From contig DHFW01000049.1 of NCBI GenBank assembly GCA_002402465.1, positions 148,541 to 212,540 of the forward strand: a stretch of 64,000 bases of DNA, in the 5' to 3' direction. Each line of letters starts with the position of its first letter. Positions within the stretch are counted from its first letter, which is position 1. Below the pieces are notes generated by a model. That model worked only from the letters and a program-made list of their open reading frames with translations, did not search any database and was not told where the DNA came from. Origin of the DNA: Bacteroidales bacterium UBA4814. GTDB taxonomy: Bacteria; Bacteroidota; Bacteroidia; Bacteroidales; UBA7960. Below, piece after piece: positions 54,931 to 63,859 of the stretch. The translations under genes and the position numbers were made by a program.

Positions 54931-55051
54931 TTCTAATCTTTTGTCCCCTTTTCTCCCCTCGCTTTCTCTCCCCTTCTCATTTTCATAACCTCCCACCTCA
55001 CCTTTCGTTTTTCATTCTCTAACCTTCACTTTTTCTCCCCGTCACTCCCTC
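54931..55051. repeat. Polypyrimidine (C/T-rich) tract of about 120 nt on the plus strand
   Basis: CTTTTGTCCCCTTTTCTCCCCTCGCTTTCTCTCCCCTTCTCATTTTCATAACCTCCCACCTCACCTTTCG...CCCCGTCACTCCCTCTC. It is purine-rich with many GGAG/GAGG on the transcribed minus strand. Confidence 0.8.
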
Positions 55052-55633
55052 TCAAGAAACCGGCATTATTCCAAAGGTGAAGAGACTGGAAAGCTCCATT
55101 ACCAGCTCCTGGGGGCTGTCATACATTTTCAGAAGGGTTTCATTGGTAATCATTTCACTTATTTTGGAAGTTACTATAAGGAAAAGTTCGGGCTTGAAAT
55201 CCTTTCGAAGCCATCCTTTTTCCTGGGCTTTGCGATAATCCTGTATGATATCGTTCCACACCTGCCTGGTTTTTTCTTCCACATAAGCTGAAAGCCCCAG
55301 CTCAGGATTGCTGTAAAAGTCTTTCAGGAACTCCTGGCTTATGTCGTTGGTGCCTTCCAGTTTCATCTGAAGCATTTGCTGCATTTTTACCACAGGCGAA
55401 GTAGTTTCATCGGCCATGATCTCCCGGAACCTTTGAATCCCTTCGTTGGCCACCTGGTCATAAACGCGCTTGGCCAGTTCTGTTTTGTTTTTGAAATACC
55501 TGTAAAAAGTCATTTTGCTTACCAGGGCTTTATGGCAAATTTCTTCAACGGAAACCCTTCTGAATCCATGTTTCCAGAATAGCTCACGGGCTGCCTCCAT
55601 AATGGCCTGGTGTTTCCTGCTTGTTTTTTTCAT
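55052..55633 (-). CDS. TetR/AcrR-family transcriptional regulator
   Basis: N-terminal HTH: IMEAARELFWKHGFRRVSVEEICHKALVSKMTFYRYFKNK. Confidence 0.9.
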   Translation of the reverse strand: MKKTSRKHQAIMEAARELFWKHGFRRVSVEEICHKALVSKMTFYRYFKNKTELAKRVYDQVANEGIQRFREIMADETTSPVVKMQQMLQMKLEGTNDISQEFLKDFYSNPELGLSAYVEEKTRQVWNDIIQDYRKAQEKGWLRKDFKPELFLIVTSKISEMITNETLLKMYDSPQELVMELSSLFTFGIMPVS

Positions 55634-55637
55634 GGAA

Positions 55638-55648
55638 ATTGTTACAAT
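55638..55648. promoter_or_regulatory. Candidate TetR operator palindrome ATTGT-T-ACAAT
   Basis: An 11-bp perfect palindrome 5 nt upstream of the TetR ATG, in the divergent region shared with the TonB-dependent receptor. Confidence 0.3.
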
Positions 55649-55711
55649 ATTTTTATAAAATTACGAAAAAGTTTTAATCACAAACATATCGTAATAAAAA
55701 AAATGAAAAAA

Positions 55712-55719
55712 TATTTTTG
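55712..55719 (+). promoter_or_regulatory. -7 box TATTTTTG for the TonB-dependent receptor
   Basis: Perfect TAnnTTTG 39 nt before the ATG at 55759. Confidence 0.4.
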
Positions 55720-55758
55720 TTTCAACAAGAAGGGGTTTTGGTTGTTGTTTATTTGAGT

Positions 55759-57852
55759 ATGTGCAAAAAAAGTATCTTCTTTTTTCTGATTTTATTGTTT
55801 CCTTTTTTGTTGAAAGGACAGGAACCTGAGCCTGTGGTGTCCGAAGAACAAACCCTCGACGAGGTGGTAGTCACTGCATTCAATGTTTCGCGCAGGCTGC
55901 TTTCAACCCCTGGTTCGCTGTCGCTTATTGGTCCGGAGCAGATTGAAGCATCACGCCCTGCCACCGTTTTGCCACTGCTCAACCAGGCCAGCGGCGTATT
56001 TGCACATGCAGGCACGCTGAGCACCAGCCGTATTACCATTCGTGGTATAGGAGCGCGCGAGCCCTATGCTACCGGAAAGATCAGGGCTTATTTCAACAGT
56101 ATTCCGCTTACCAATGGCTCGGGCATATCAATTGTGGAGCACATCGACCCTTCTGTTATCGAACGTATTGAAATCATTAAAGGACCTGCCACCAGTGCAT
56201 ACGGGGCAGGCCTGGGCGGAACCATTCTTATTACCGCACGCGAGCCTTCGCAGAGGGGAAGCGGCATTACCAACTCGTTTCAGGCCGGATCATTCGGGCT
56301 TTTGCGCAACAGCCTGATGCTCGATGGAAGTAGGGAGGGTATGGCAGGAAGCCTTGTTTACAGCCGCACCAACATGGACGGCTACCGCCAAAACAGCCAG
56401 TACCGCCGCGATGCGCTAACTGGCCTTGGGCAATTCAGTTTGGGCAACAAAACGCGTGGCACGGCCCTGCTGTATTATTCTGACATGAAGGGGTTTATTC
56501 CCAGCAGTATCGACAGCCTGAGCTTTGTGAACAACCCCCGCGCCGCCGCCCAAAATTGGCTGAATGCCCGCGGCTACGAAGACACACAGAAGTTGCTTGC
56601 CGGGGTTTCAGCAACACACCAGCTTAATGCAGAGCTTTTGCTTGACATTAGTCTTTTCACCACACTGCATTACGAAAAGGAACGCCGCCCCTGGGATTTC
56701 CTTTACGAAGACCGCGAGAGCGCAGGCACCCGAATGAAGTTGAACTGGTTCAGGCAAACGGGCATGGCCCAATGGCGCATTATGGGCGGAGCCGAACTTT
56801 TCTTTGAAAACTTTCGCTACAAAACGTATCAAAATGCAGGCGGGGCAGGCGAGCAGGGCGCTATCATCAGCAACAATCGCGAAGGCATCCGGTTTTTCAA
56901 TTTCTTTGCCCAGGCCGATCTGGATTACGAGAGCCTGAATCTTTCAGCGGGCATCAATGCCAACACCAACCGTATCAACTACCGCGACATTCAGCAGATT
57001 GGAGGTATCGACCGTTCGGATGTTTACAATTACGGCTTGATTCTTTCGCCCCGACTGAGCGCCAACTACCGCCTGGGAAACTACCATGCGGTTTTTGCCA
57101 CCTTCAGCCACGGCTTTTCACCGCCGGCGCTTTCTGAAACCCTGACCCCCGAAGGCTTTGTGAATCTCGATATTTTGCCCGAGAAAAGCTGGAGCTACGA
57201 AGCGGGTTTCAGGGGCGGCATCTTTGGCAACAAATTGTTTTACGACCTGGGCGTTTATCGCATGCAAGTAAAGGACTTGCTCGTAGCAGAACGAACCGGT
57301 CCTGACGCCTGGGTGGGAAAGAATGCCGGGCGTTCGGTGCACCAGGGTGTGGAGGCCGAACTGAGCGGAAAACTGTTTCAAAATGCCGCCTCCGCGGGAA
57401 AATGGCTCAGCACAAAGGAAATTAGCTGGCGTGCTTCTTACAGCTACAACCATTACCGATTTTCCGATTATGTCGATCGCGATGTTGATTATTCAGGGAA
57501 AAGCATACCGGGCGTTCCTGAACATTTGTTAAATGCCGGGCTCCAATTTGTTTTTTCAGGCGGTTTGTATGTTCACACCATCCTTACAACAACTGGTCGC
57601 ATGCCCATGAACGACTTGAATACCCGCTTTGCCAATGGCTACCACGTGCTTGATGCAAGGATTGGATACAAAAAGAATGTGGGAAGATGGAATCTGGATG
57701 CTTTTGGTGCAGTCAACAACCTGACTAACCAACATTATGCTTCAATGATTCTGGTAAACGCGCCATCCTATGGAAGTACGCCCCCAAGATATTATTACCC
57801 GGGATTGCCGGTTAATTTTTCATTTGGCCTCAGACTGGGCTTTGCCGGTTAA
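55759..57852 (+). CDS. TonB-dependent outer-membrane receptor
   Basis: Signal peptide, a plug (DEVVVTA...IEIIKGPATSAYGAGLGGTI), a beta-barrel and a terminal aromatic region. The ATG at 55759 is preferred. Confidence 0.9.
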   Translation: MCKKSIFFFLILLFPFLLKGQEPEPVVSEEQTLDEVVVTAFNVSRRLLSTPGSLSLIGPEQIEASRPATVLPLLNQASGVFAHAGTLSTSRITIRGIGAREPYATGKIRAYFNSIPLTNGSGISIVEHIDPSVIERIEIIKGPATSAYGAGLGGTILITAREPSQRGSGITNSFQAGSFGLLRNSLMLDGSREGMAGSLVYSRTNMDGYRQNSQYRRDALTGLGQFSLGNKTRGTALLYYSDMKGFIPSSIDSLSFVNNPRAAAQNWLNARGYEDTQKLLAGVSATHQLNAELLLDISLFTTLHYEKERRPWDFLYEDRESAGTRMKLNWFRQTGMAQWRIMGGAELFFENFRYKTYQNAGGAGEQGAIISNNREGIRFFNFFAQADLDYESLNLSAGINANTNRINYRDIQQIGGIDRSDVYNYGLILSPRLSANYRLGNYHAVFATFSHGFSPPALSETLTPEGFVNLDILPEKSWSYEAGFRGGIFGNKLFYDLGVYRMQVKDLLVAERTGPDAWVGKNAGRSVHQGVEAELSGKLFQNAASAGKWLSTKEISWRASYSYNHYRFSDYVDRDVDYSGKSIPGVPEHLLNAGLQFVFSGGLYVHTILTTTGRMPMNDLNTRFANGYHVLDARIGYKKNVGRWNLDAFGAVNNLTNQHYASMILVNAPSYGSTPPRYYYPGLPVNFSFGLRLGFAG

Positions 57853-57855
57853 ATA

Positions 57856-58074
57856 TTATTCACGGCTTTCATTTTCCTCTTGTTGCTTACGCAGCCATCT
57901 TCGCCACAGGTAATAAAATACAACCACGGCAATTGGCAGCACAATAAACAATATGACATTGGCTACCGAATCAAAAAAACCAACGGGCTCATTATTTGTG
58001 GGAATATGCGTGGGGCGTTGGGCTAGAAGTGCAAAGGCCTGAAAAAGCAATATGATGGAAAATACGATGCGCAT
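57856..58074 (-). CDS. Small signal-peptide plus TM protein (72 aa), unknown
   Basis: MRIVFSIILLFQAFALLAQ signal, one TM and a basic/acidic tail. Convergent with the receptor gene. Confidence 0.45.
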   Translation of the reverse strand: MRIVFSIILLFQAFALLAQRPTHIPTNNEPVGFFDSVANVILFIVLPIAVVVFYYLWRRWLRKQQEENESRE

Positions 58075-58138
58075 GGCTGGAATTTTTCTGGTTACATTAA
58101 ACTAACGGCAGGGAAAAGCTTTGGTTCAATGCATACTG

Positions 58139-59032
58139 TCAGTTAACGCAAAGCTGATTGTCCTTCATCAGCTCAAAGACAATTTCCTTCTGTTCATTTG
58201 TTAATGGTAGCAGGGGTTTTCTTGATGGGCCTCCATACAGGCCGCAATGCTGCATGGCTTCCTTCAGGGCAGGTACGCCCCATTTGCGCGTTACTGTAAT
58301 GTTAAGCTCAATGATTTTCTGCTGCAGGACTTCGGCCTCTTCCAATTGCCCTTCATTGTATAAACGGTAAATATCAATGCACTGAGCGGGTGCAATATTG
58401 GCCAGAGCCAGAATGCCACCGACTGCGCCCAGTTTCAGTGCCGCAAGCAGGAAGCCTGCCGATCCGGCAAGCACCTGAAAACCGGGCTTGGCGTTCCGAA
58501 TAACTTGCTCCATTTTTTCCAGGTTGCCGCCCGAATCTTTGAGCCCAATGATGTTTGGGTGCTCCGAAATAGCCAGAATGGTTTCAGCGCCCATGTCTAA
58601 CCCGCTGTTTGAAGGCATGTTGTATATAATCACCGGAATAGAAGAAGCTTCCGCCACTGCAAAAAAGTGCTTCACCAGGGTTTCATGGGTTAGCTGGCCC
58701 TTGTAATAAAAAGGGTTAAGCACCAGGGCGGCGTCGGCTTCTGCCTTGGCGGCTTCACGCGTCAGCGCAATGGTTTCGCGGGTCGATTCGCAGCCGGTGC
58801 CGGCCAGCATTAGCCGGCCGGGCTCAATGGCTTCGCGGGCAGCATGAAAGGCTTCTACTTTTTCATTGTGGCTGAGCATTACCAACTCCCCATTCGAACC
58901 CAGAATCAGAAAACCCGAAAGGTCGTGGCGGCTGAGCCGCTGAATGTTGAATCTGATCTTATCCGTGCGGAGGTTTTCCTCCTTGTCGAAAGTGGTGGTC
59001 AGGGGCGGAAAGATACCGCTGAGGTCAATCAT
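58139..59032 (-). CDS. Dihydrodipicolinate synthase (DapA)/N-acetylneuraminate lyase-family class I aldolase
   Basis: FPPLTTTF...GFLILGSNGE...AGTG...YNMPSNSGLDM...IIGLKDSGG, including the Schiff-base Lys context. Confidence 0.8.
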   Translation of the reverse strand: MIDLSGIFPPLTTTFDKEENLRTDKIRFNIQRLSRHDLSGFLILGSNGELVMLSHNEKVEAFHAAREAIEPGRLMLAGTGCESTRETIALTREAAKAEADAALVLNPFYYKGQLTHETLVKHFFAVAEASSIPVIIYNMPSNSGLDMGAETILAISEHPNIIGLKDSGGNLEKMEQVIRNAKPGFQVLAGSAGFLLAALKLGAVGGILALANIAPAQCIDIYRLYNEGQLEEAEVLQQKIIELNITVTRKWGVPALKEAMQHCGLYGGPSRKPLLPLTNEQKEIVFELMKDNQLCVN

Positions 59033-59111
59033 ATAATGTGGTTTGAAAAATTCGAACGAATATAATGCATTTTTTTATGGCCGCTTTCGCGGGAAAAGAC
59101 TTTTCAGGCTG

Positions 59112-60041
59112 TCAGTATCCTTTTTTTCGGTCCACCAGGTTCAGAAGGGGCTGGTTTTGCAAAGTACGACGATAATTCTCCACGATCTGCGGGGCCACCG
59201 AATCGGGATCGGTAAGGCTGGCAACATGTGGCGTTATGTGGACTTTTTTGTGCGCCCAAAAGGGATGGTCTTCGGGCAGGGGTTCTTTATGGAAAACATC
59301 CAGGTTGGCGCCAGCCAGGTGGCCTGAGTCTAGCAGTTTAATCAGATCCTCATCGACCAACAGCGGGCCACGACCCAGGTTCACTACCCAGGCCCCGGCA
59401 GGGAGCATGCAAAGGGTGTTTTTGTTCAATATGCCGCGGGTATCAGGGGTAAGTGGCAGCAGGCAAATGAGTATGTCGGTATTTTTAAGGAATTCCTCCA
59501 GCTGTTCCTGACCAAAATACTTTTTGTAGGCAGTGGGCTGGCCTTCTGACCGGCTCCAGCCCAAAACGTGGAAGCCAACGCGCTGCAGGTTCGATGCCAC
59601 ATGGTGTCCGATCACGCCCGTACCCATTACGCCAACGCTGACCTGGTCCATTCGCAGGTAGCGTTTTTTCTTCCATAGCTTTTGGTGCTGGTTTTCACGA
59701 AAGTGGAGCAGGTTTTTTATCCGGCTCATAATTACGGCCAGTGCAAATTCAAACATATCCTGCGAAAGCCGGGGGTCAATGATTCTTACTATGTCGATGT
59801 GGGAAGGGATATCTGGGTCTTTGAGCAAGTGATCTACCCCGGCGCCCATTGATGATATGGTTTTCAGGTTTGTGAATTGCATGAAAATGCCCGGGGGGTG
59901 GTTCCATGCCAGGGCGAATTTCACATTTGTGTAATCCGTTAAATCGGTATGCAACAAAACTTCTACCTTCGGATCGGCCTTTTTCAGGGCGCTGATCCAG
60001 GGCTGGGGATTGGCAAAATCACTTACAATTACTATGGCCAT
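59112..60041 (-). CDS. D-isomer-specific 2-hydroxyacid dehydrogenase (GhrA-like)
   Basis: NAD fold VGVMGTGVIGHHVA, catalytic blocks NLGRGPLLVDEDL and ANLDVFHKEPLPEDHPFW...VHITPHVAS. Confidence 0.85.
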   Translation of the reverse strand: MAIVIVSDFANPQPWISALKKADPKVEVLLHTDLTDYTNVKFALAWNHPPGIFMQFTNLKTISSMGAGVDHLLKDPDIPSHIDIVRIIDPRLSQDMFEFALAVIMSRIKNLLHFRENQHQKLWKKKRYLRMDQVSVGVMGTGVIGHHVASNLQRVGFHVLGWSRSEGQPTAYKKYFGQEQLEEFLKNTDILICLLPLTPDTRGILNKNTLCMLPAGAWVVNLGRGPLLVDEDLIKLLDSGHLAGANLDVFHKEPLPEDHPFWAHKKVHITPHVASLTDPDSVAPQIVENYRRTLQNQPLLNLVDRKKGY

Positions 60042-60643
60042 GGTAAGGAAGTTTTTTCTTTTTTCTGTTCTTTCATTAGCCAGTAAAGGCCTTTCACACC
60101 ACTCCTGATGCGGTCGAGGCGAAGCAGTACCAGAATTTTCTCAAAATAGGCGATCACACCCCAGCCTACAGCAATGTAGTAAAACCAGGGAATAAAACCG
60201 AAGGCAAACAGCACAAAGAAGAACACACCCTGTATATAGCCAGCAGCTACTGCTCCATAAAGGTGCAGGCCGGGAACGGTTTTGAAGCGGTAAAAGCCTA
60301 TAATATAGCTTATTACAAAAAAGGTAAGAAACAAATACAACAGCCAGGCATGGGGCTGAACTTCGGCCCACTTAAAGGTAAATATCCCGAAAAGGGCCAG
60401 GATGTACATGCCAAGGTCGGCCAGGTTGTCGAGTGCAGCCCCAAACCGGGTTTGCAGGTTGAAGAAGCGGGCAATGCTGCCATCGAGCATGTCGGTAACA
60501 AGGCTTATGCACAGCAAGAGGGCAAACCACCAGTCGTGGCCCACAATTCCAATGTACAGAATAACAGGAAAACTTATCAGGCGGTAGAAACTCAATGCAT
60601 TGGGTACATTGAGTATGTTTTCATCCCTGACAATGATTTTCAT
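60032..60643 (-). CDS. CDP-alcohol phosphatidyltransferase-family membrane enzyme, copy 1
   Basis: Signature D-x2-DG-x2-AR-x8-G-x3-D-x3-D present: TDMLDGSIARFFNLQTRFGAALDNLAD. It overlaps the dehydrogenase start by 10 nt. Confidence 0.85.
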   Translation of the reverse strand: MKIIVRDENILNVPNALSFYRLISFPVILYIGIVGHDWWFALLLCISLVTDMLDGSIARFFNLQTRFGAALDNLADLGMYILALFGIFTFKWAEVQPHAWLLYLFLTFFVISYIIGFYRFKTVPGLHLYGAVAAGYIQGVFFFVLFAFGFIPWFYYIAVGWGVIAYFEKILVLLRLDRIRSGVKGLYWLMKEQKKEKTSLPWP

Positions 60644-60654
60644 AAGAAGGATTT

Positions 60655-61335
60655 TTAAAGAAACAATAATAGCATAAGCAGTACGCTCAAAGGAATAAAA
60701 AGATTGTCGGTACCTCTCCAGCTAAACATCTCAGCCAGGGTGCTCACCACGGCAATGCCCAGGGCCAGCCAGAAAGTTTTCAGATCGAATACCATGCGGT
60801 TAAAATAAAGTGCAAAAATGCTGATAATAAAGCTTGAAAGCAAGAAAGAGCCGGAACCCAGAAAGGTCTTCTTAAGTTCTTTTCCGAAAATTTTAATCCT
60901 ATGGTTGTAATCCTGGAAGTTTAGTCCCAGCATGCCCGCCACCGGGTCGCTAATAGCCAGCACCAGCATGGGCAGGATGAAAAGAAGTTTTTCATGAGCT
61001 CCGGTTTTTATATAAATGAGAAATGTAAGATAGATGGCTGCAGGCAGCATGTAACTGCCCACCGACTTGCGGTCGATGTCGTGAATGGATCTGAGTTGGG
61101 AGCCGTGGCGGCTTACAAACAGTAACAAAAAGAAAAATATGGCTAACACAAGAACATACCAATGATCAGAAAAAAGGTAAGGGAAGGTAACCGTGGATAG
61201 CGTGGCCGTAAAATGGGCAAACTTGCGGGTTATTTCACCTTTTAGCCCCAGGCGGCGGTAGATCAGCTCAGTGAAAGTAAGCAGCAGAATTAATGCTACC
61301 AGGAAAATAAACGTAAGTGCAATTTGGTTTACCAT
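60655..61335 (-). CDS. SEC59/DGK1/VTE5-like (CTP-dependent polyprenol/phytol-kinase-type) membrane protein
   Basis: Multi-TM with the ITRKFAHF motif characteristic of the dolichol/phytol kinase branch of the CTP_transf_1 superfamily. The assignment is by motif only. Confidence 0.55.
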   Translation of the reverse strand: MVNQIALTFIFLVALILLLTFTELIYRRLGLKGEITRKFAHFTATLSTVTFPYLFSDHWYVLVLAIFFFLLLFVSRHGSQLRSIHDIDRKSVGSYMLPAAIYLTFLIYIKTGAHEKLLFILPMLVLAISDPVAGMLGLNFQDYNHRIKIFGKELKKTFLGSGSFLLSSFIISIFALYFNRMVFDLKTFWLALGIAVVSTLAEMFSWRGTDNLFIPLSVLLMLLLFL

Positions 61336-61358
61336 GACGTAGGGTTTTTCTTATACAG

Positions 61359-62090
61359 TCAAAACACATCCATTAATAAAGAAAGGAAGGCGATCCAGGC
61401 CCCTCCGCCAATGAGGCTGTCGAAGCGGTCGAGGAAGCCCCCGTGTCCTGGAATAAGACGGTTGAAGTCCTTAACCCCGTATTGCCTTTTGTACCATGAG
61501 GTGGCCACATCGCCTACCAGGGCAAAAACCGCCACGCCTGCTGCCATGAGCATGGCATCGGTTGGCGAAGCGCTGATCAGGCCCTCAATCAGCACCGCGC
61601 TCACAATGGCAATCAGCACCCCGCCAATAAGGCCCTCCACAGTTTTATTGGGGCTTATTTTCGGAAAAATTTTGTGCCGCCCGAAAAGCTGCCCCGTAAC
61701 CTGGCTGAAGGCATCGAAGATGGAAAGGACCAGGAAGGTGAAAAGGATCAAGCCCTGGCTTAAACCGCTGAATACCAAAAATCCAAACGAGAATACGAGA
61801 AAAATGAGCAAAAATGCGGCGAAAAACCTTTTTTTCTGATATCCTGACCTGAAAAACAGGTGGAAAAGTTCAAAAATTCCCGTTGCAACAATAATAACAG
61901 CAAGCCACCGAAAGGCCCTGGGATCAATTACGATGCTTAAAAAAAGCACATGAATAATGACAAAGTAACTGGCATATTTAACCCAGCCCTGGCGCGCCTG
62001 CTGGGGCTCTTTATTCCGGTTAATGAAATAAAATGCCAGGCCGCCCAGCAGGAAATAAGTCAGAATTATGAAGTAAATGTTGCGGATCAT
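61359..62090 (-). CDS. Phosphatidate cytidylyltransferase (CdsA)-like protein
   Basis: C-terminal signature GDVATSWYKRQYGVKDFNRLIPGHGGFLDRFDSL. Confidence 0.8.
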   Translation of the reverse strand: MIRNIYFIILTYFLLGGLAFYFINRNKEPQQARQGWVKYASYFVIIHVLFLSIVIDPRAFRWLAVIIVATGIFELFHLFFRSGYQKKRFFAAFLLIFLVFSFGFLVFSGLSQGLILFTFLVLSIFDAFSQVTGQLFGRHKIFPKISPNKTVEGLIGGVLIAIVSAVLIEGLISASPTDAMLMAAGVAVFALVGDVATSWYKRQYGVKDFNRLIPGHGGFLDRFDSLIGGGAWIAFLSLLMDVF

Positions 62091-62120
62091 GTGTTCTTTT
62101 TTTAGCGAAAATCTTCCCCA

Positions 62121-62942
62121 TTAACTAAAGATTATAATTAACCCAAAAAAAGCTATGGCAAATGCATACCAAGATTTAATTGAACCTTCTTTTCGGGCGA
62201 TCCTGACATTGGCCAGAAAACGGGCGCCAAAAAACGCCCCGATCACAGCGCCTCCTGCCAGAAAGTAAACCAGGGTCATATCTATCTGCCCTACCAAAAA
62301 GTGTGCGCCCAGGGCCGAAAAGGTGTTGATAAAAATGACCATAAGTGAGGTGCCTACCACCAGTTTTAATGGCAAACCAAGGGCAAACAATCCTGCCAGA
62401 ACAGGCGCGGTGCCGCTGGTGCCAAAAGTGCCGGTAATCAGGCCTCCAACAAATCCATAAAACGAGCCCCGGCTAATCCTGCCGGCGGTTAAGCCATTGG
62501 GAATTTCTTTGCTCTTAGCCTTTGCCCTATTGTCGCGATAATTGTTGAAAACCATTAAAAGGGCCAGCAAAATGGAGTACATCCCAAAGGTGGTTTTCAG
62601 GGTTTCGGCGGTCATTAGTCCGGTGAGGCTGGCCCCCAGCAATGCACCCAGAATGCCTGCAGCACCGAATATCATACCCATTCGCACATCAATGTTATTG
62701 TGGCGGTAATGGCCAATGGCACCCACCATGCAAATGGGCAGGGTGGCGGCCAGCGAAGTGGCCACCGCTACCTGGGCATCGACCTTAAAAAACAGCATAA
62801 GAATAGGAGGGAAGAAAAAACCACCGCCACCACCAATGATGGCTGCAAGCAAGCCAATAATGAAACCCACCAGGGGCAGCCAAAGGTAATTGGGCTCAAA
62901 AGCAGAGTGAAAAATCATACCTGTTGGTTTTCGGAAAATCAA
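62121..62942 (-). CDS. TauE/SafE-family anion permease
   Basis: About 8 TM with internal duplication and Gly-rich helices (IIGGGGGFFFPPIL ... GTFGTSGTAPVL). Confidence 0.8.
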   Translation of the reverse strand: MIFRKPTGMIFHSAFEPNYLWLPLVGFIIGLLAAIIGGGGGFFFPPILMLFFKVDAQVAVATSLAATLPICMVGAIGHYRHNNIDVRMGMIFGAAGILGALLGASLTGLMTAETLKTTFGMYSILLALLMVFNNYRDNRAKAKSKEIPNGLTAGRISRGSFYGFVGGLITGTFGTSGTAPVLAGLFALGLPLKLVVGTSLMVIFINTFSALGAHFLVGQIDMTLVYFLAGGAVIGAFFGARFLANVRIARKEGSIKSWYAFAIAFFGLIIIFS

Positions 62943-62952
62943 TAAGTAATCG

Positions 62953-62977
62953 TAAGTTGCTTATAAATAGCAACTTA
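62953..62977. other. Perfect 9-bp hairpin between the distal transferase gene and the TauE gene
   Basis: TAAGTTGCT-tataaat-AGCAACTTA. There is no clear U-tract on the minus strand, so it may be an intercistronic processing or attenuation element. Confidence 0.4.
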
Positions 62978-63084
62978 GGTTTGTTTCCAGGGAAATATCC
63001 TCCCGATTTTCCCCGAAAGGTAAACAATTTATTGCAATATATAAATGTGTGGAAAAAAGCCCGAATTTATAAATCATTATCAAC

Positions 63085-63669
63085 CTATTGATTATCAGAC
63101 TTTTTTTCTTTTAGGATCCAGTAAAGGCCCCTGGCATTGGAACGCATTTCCTTAATGATCAACTGTATGGTAATATGCTCAAGAGAGGCAAGGATGCCCC
63201 AGATAACCATGAAATAATACAGTGGGGTGACAAAACCATAGCTGAAAAGCACAATGAAAAAGAAGCCTTGTATATAACCACCAATTTTAAATGAATAAAG
63301 GTGAAAACTGGAAAAACGTTTGAATTTGACCAGCGACACGATCACGGTAGAAATCATAAGGAAAAACCATAACACGAAACTGTAGATATGCGGCAGAAAG
63401 TCGTCGAGCTTAAAAACAAAAATTCCCGTAAAGGCCAGCAGGTAGGTGAAGTTGTCGGCCATGGAGTCGAGCCTTGCACCGAATTCAGTTGCAAGGTTAA
63501 ACTTTCGGGCAATGATGCCATCGGCCACATCGGTAAGCAGGTTAATAACCAGAAAAATGGCAAAAAGGCTTTCTTTTCCCGTAAAGATAAAATACAAAAT
63601 GACCGGAAACATGAACAAGCGGTAAAAACCCAGAAGATTTGGAACCGTAAAAAGATCTCTTCGTTTCAT
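63085..63669 (-). CDS. CDP-alcohol phosphatidyltransferase-family membrane enzyme, copy 2
   Basis: TDVADGIIARKFNLATEFGARLDSMAD signature. Alignable along its full length with copy 1 (FYRL..FPVILY, GYIQG.FF.VLF, GLYW). Confidence 0.85.
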   Translation of the reverse strand: MKRRDLFTVPNLLGFYRLFMFPVILYFIFTGKESLFAIFLVINLLTDVADGIIARKFNLATEFGARLDSMADNFTYLLAFTGIFVFKLDDFLPHIYSFVLWFFLMISTVIVSLVKFKRFSSFHLYSFKIGGYIQGFFFIVLFSYGFVTPLYYFMVIWGILASLEHITIQLIIKEMRSNARGLYWILKEKKSDNQ

Positions 63670-63859
63670 CCGAAAATAATTTGTTTATTAAGGTTGAATG
63701 AACCCCGAAAGGTTCACTAAAGGTAAACTCGCATGATGATTTTCATCCGTGTTTATGCCTAACGAATCATGCTCGTTTCATAAATCATGCTTGTAATACA
63801 AAAAATCGGAAGCAATGATTTTGACGCCCCAAAATTAAAACTTTTTTCCTGTATTGGTT

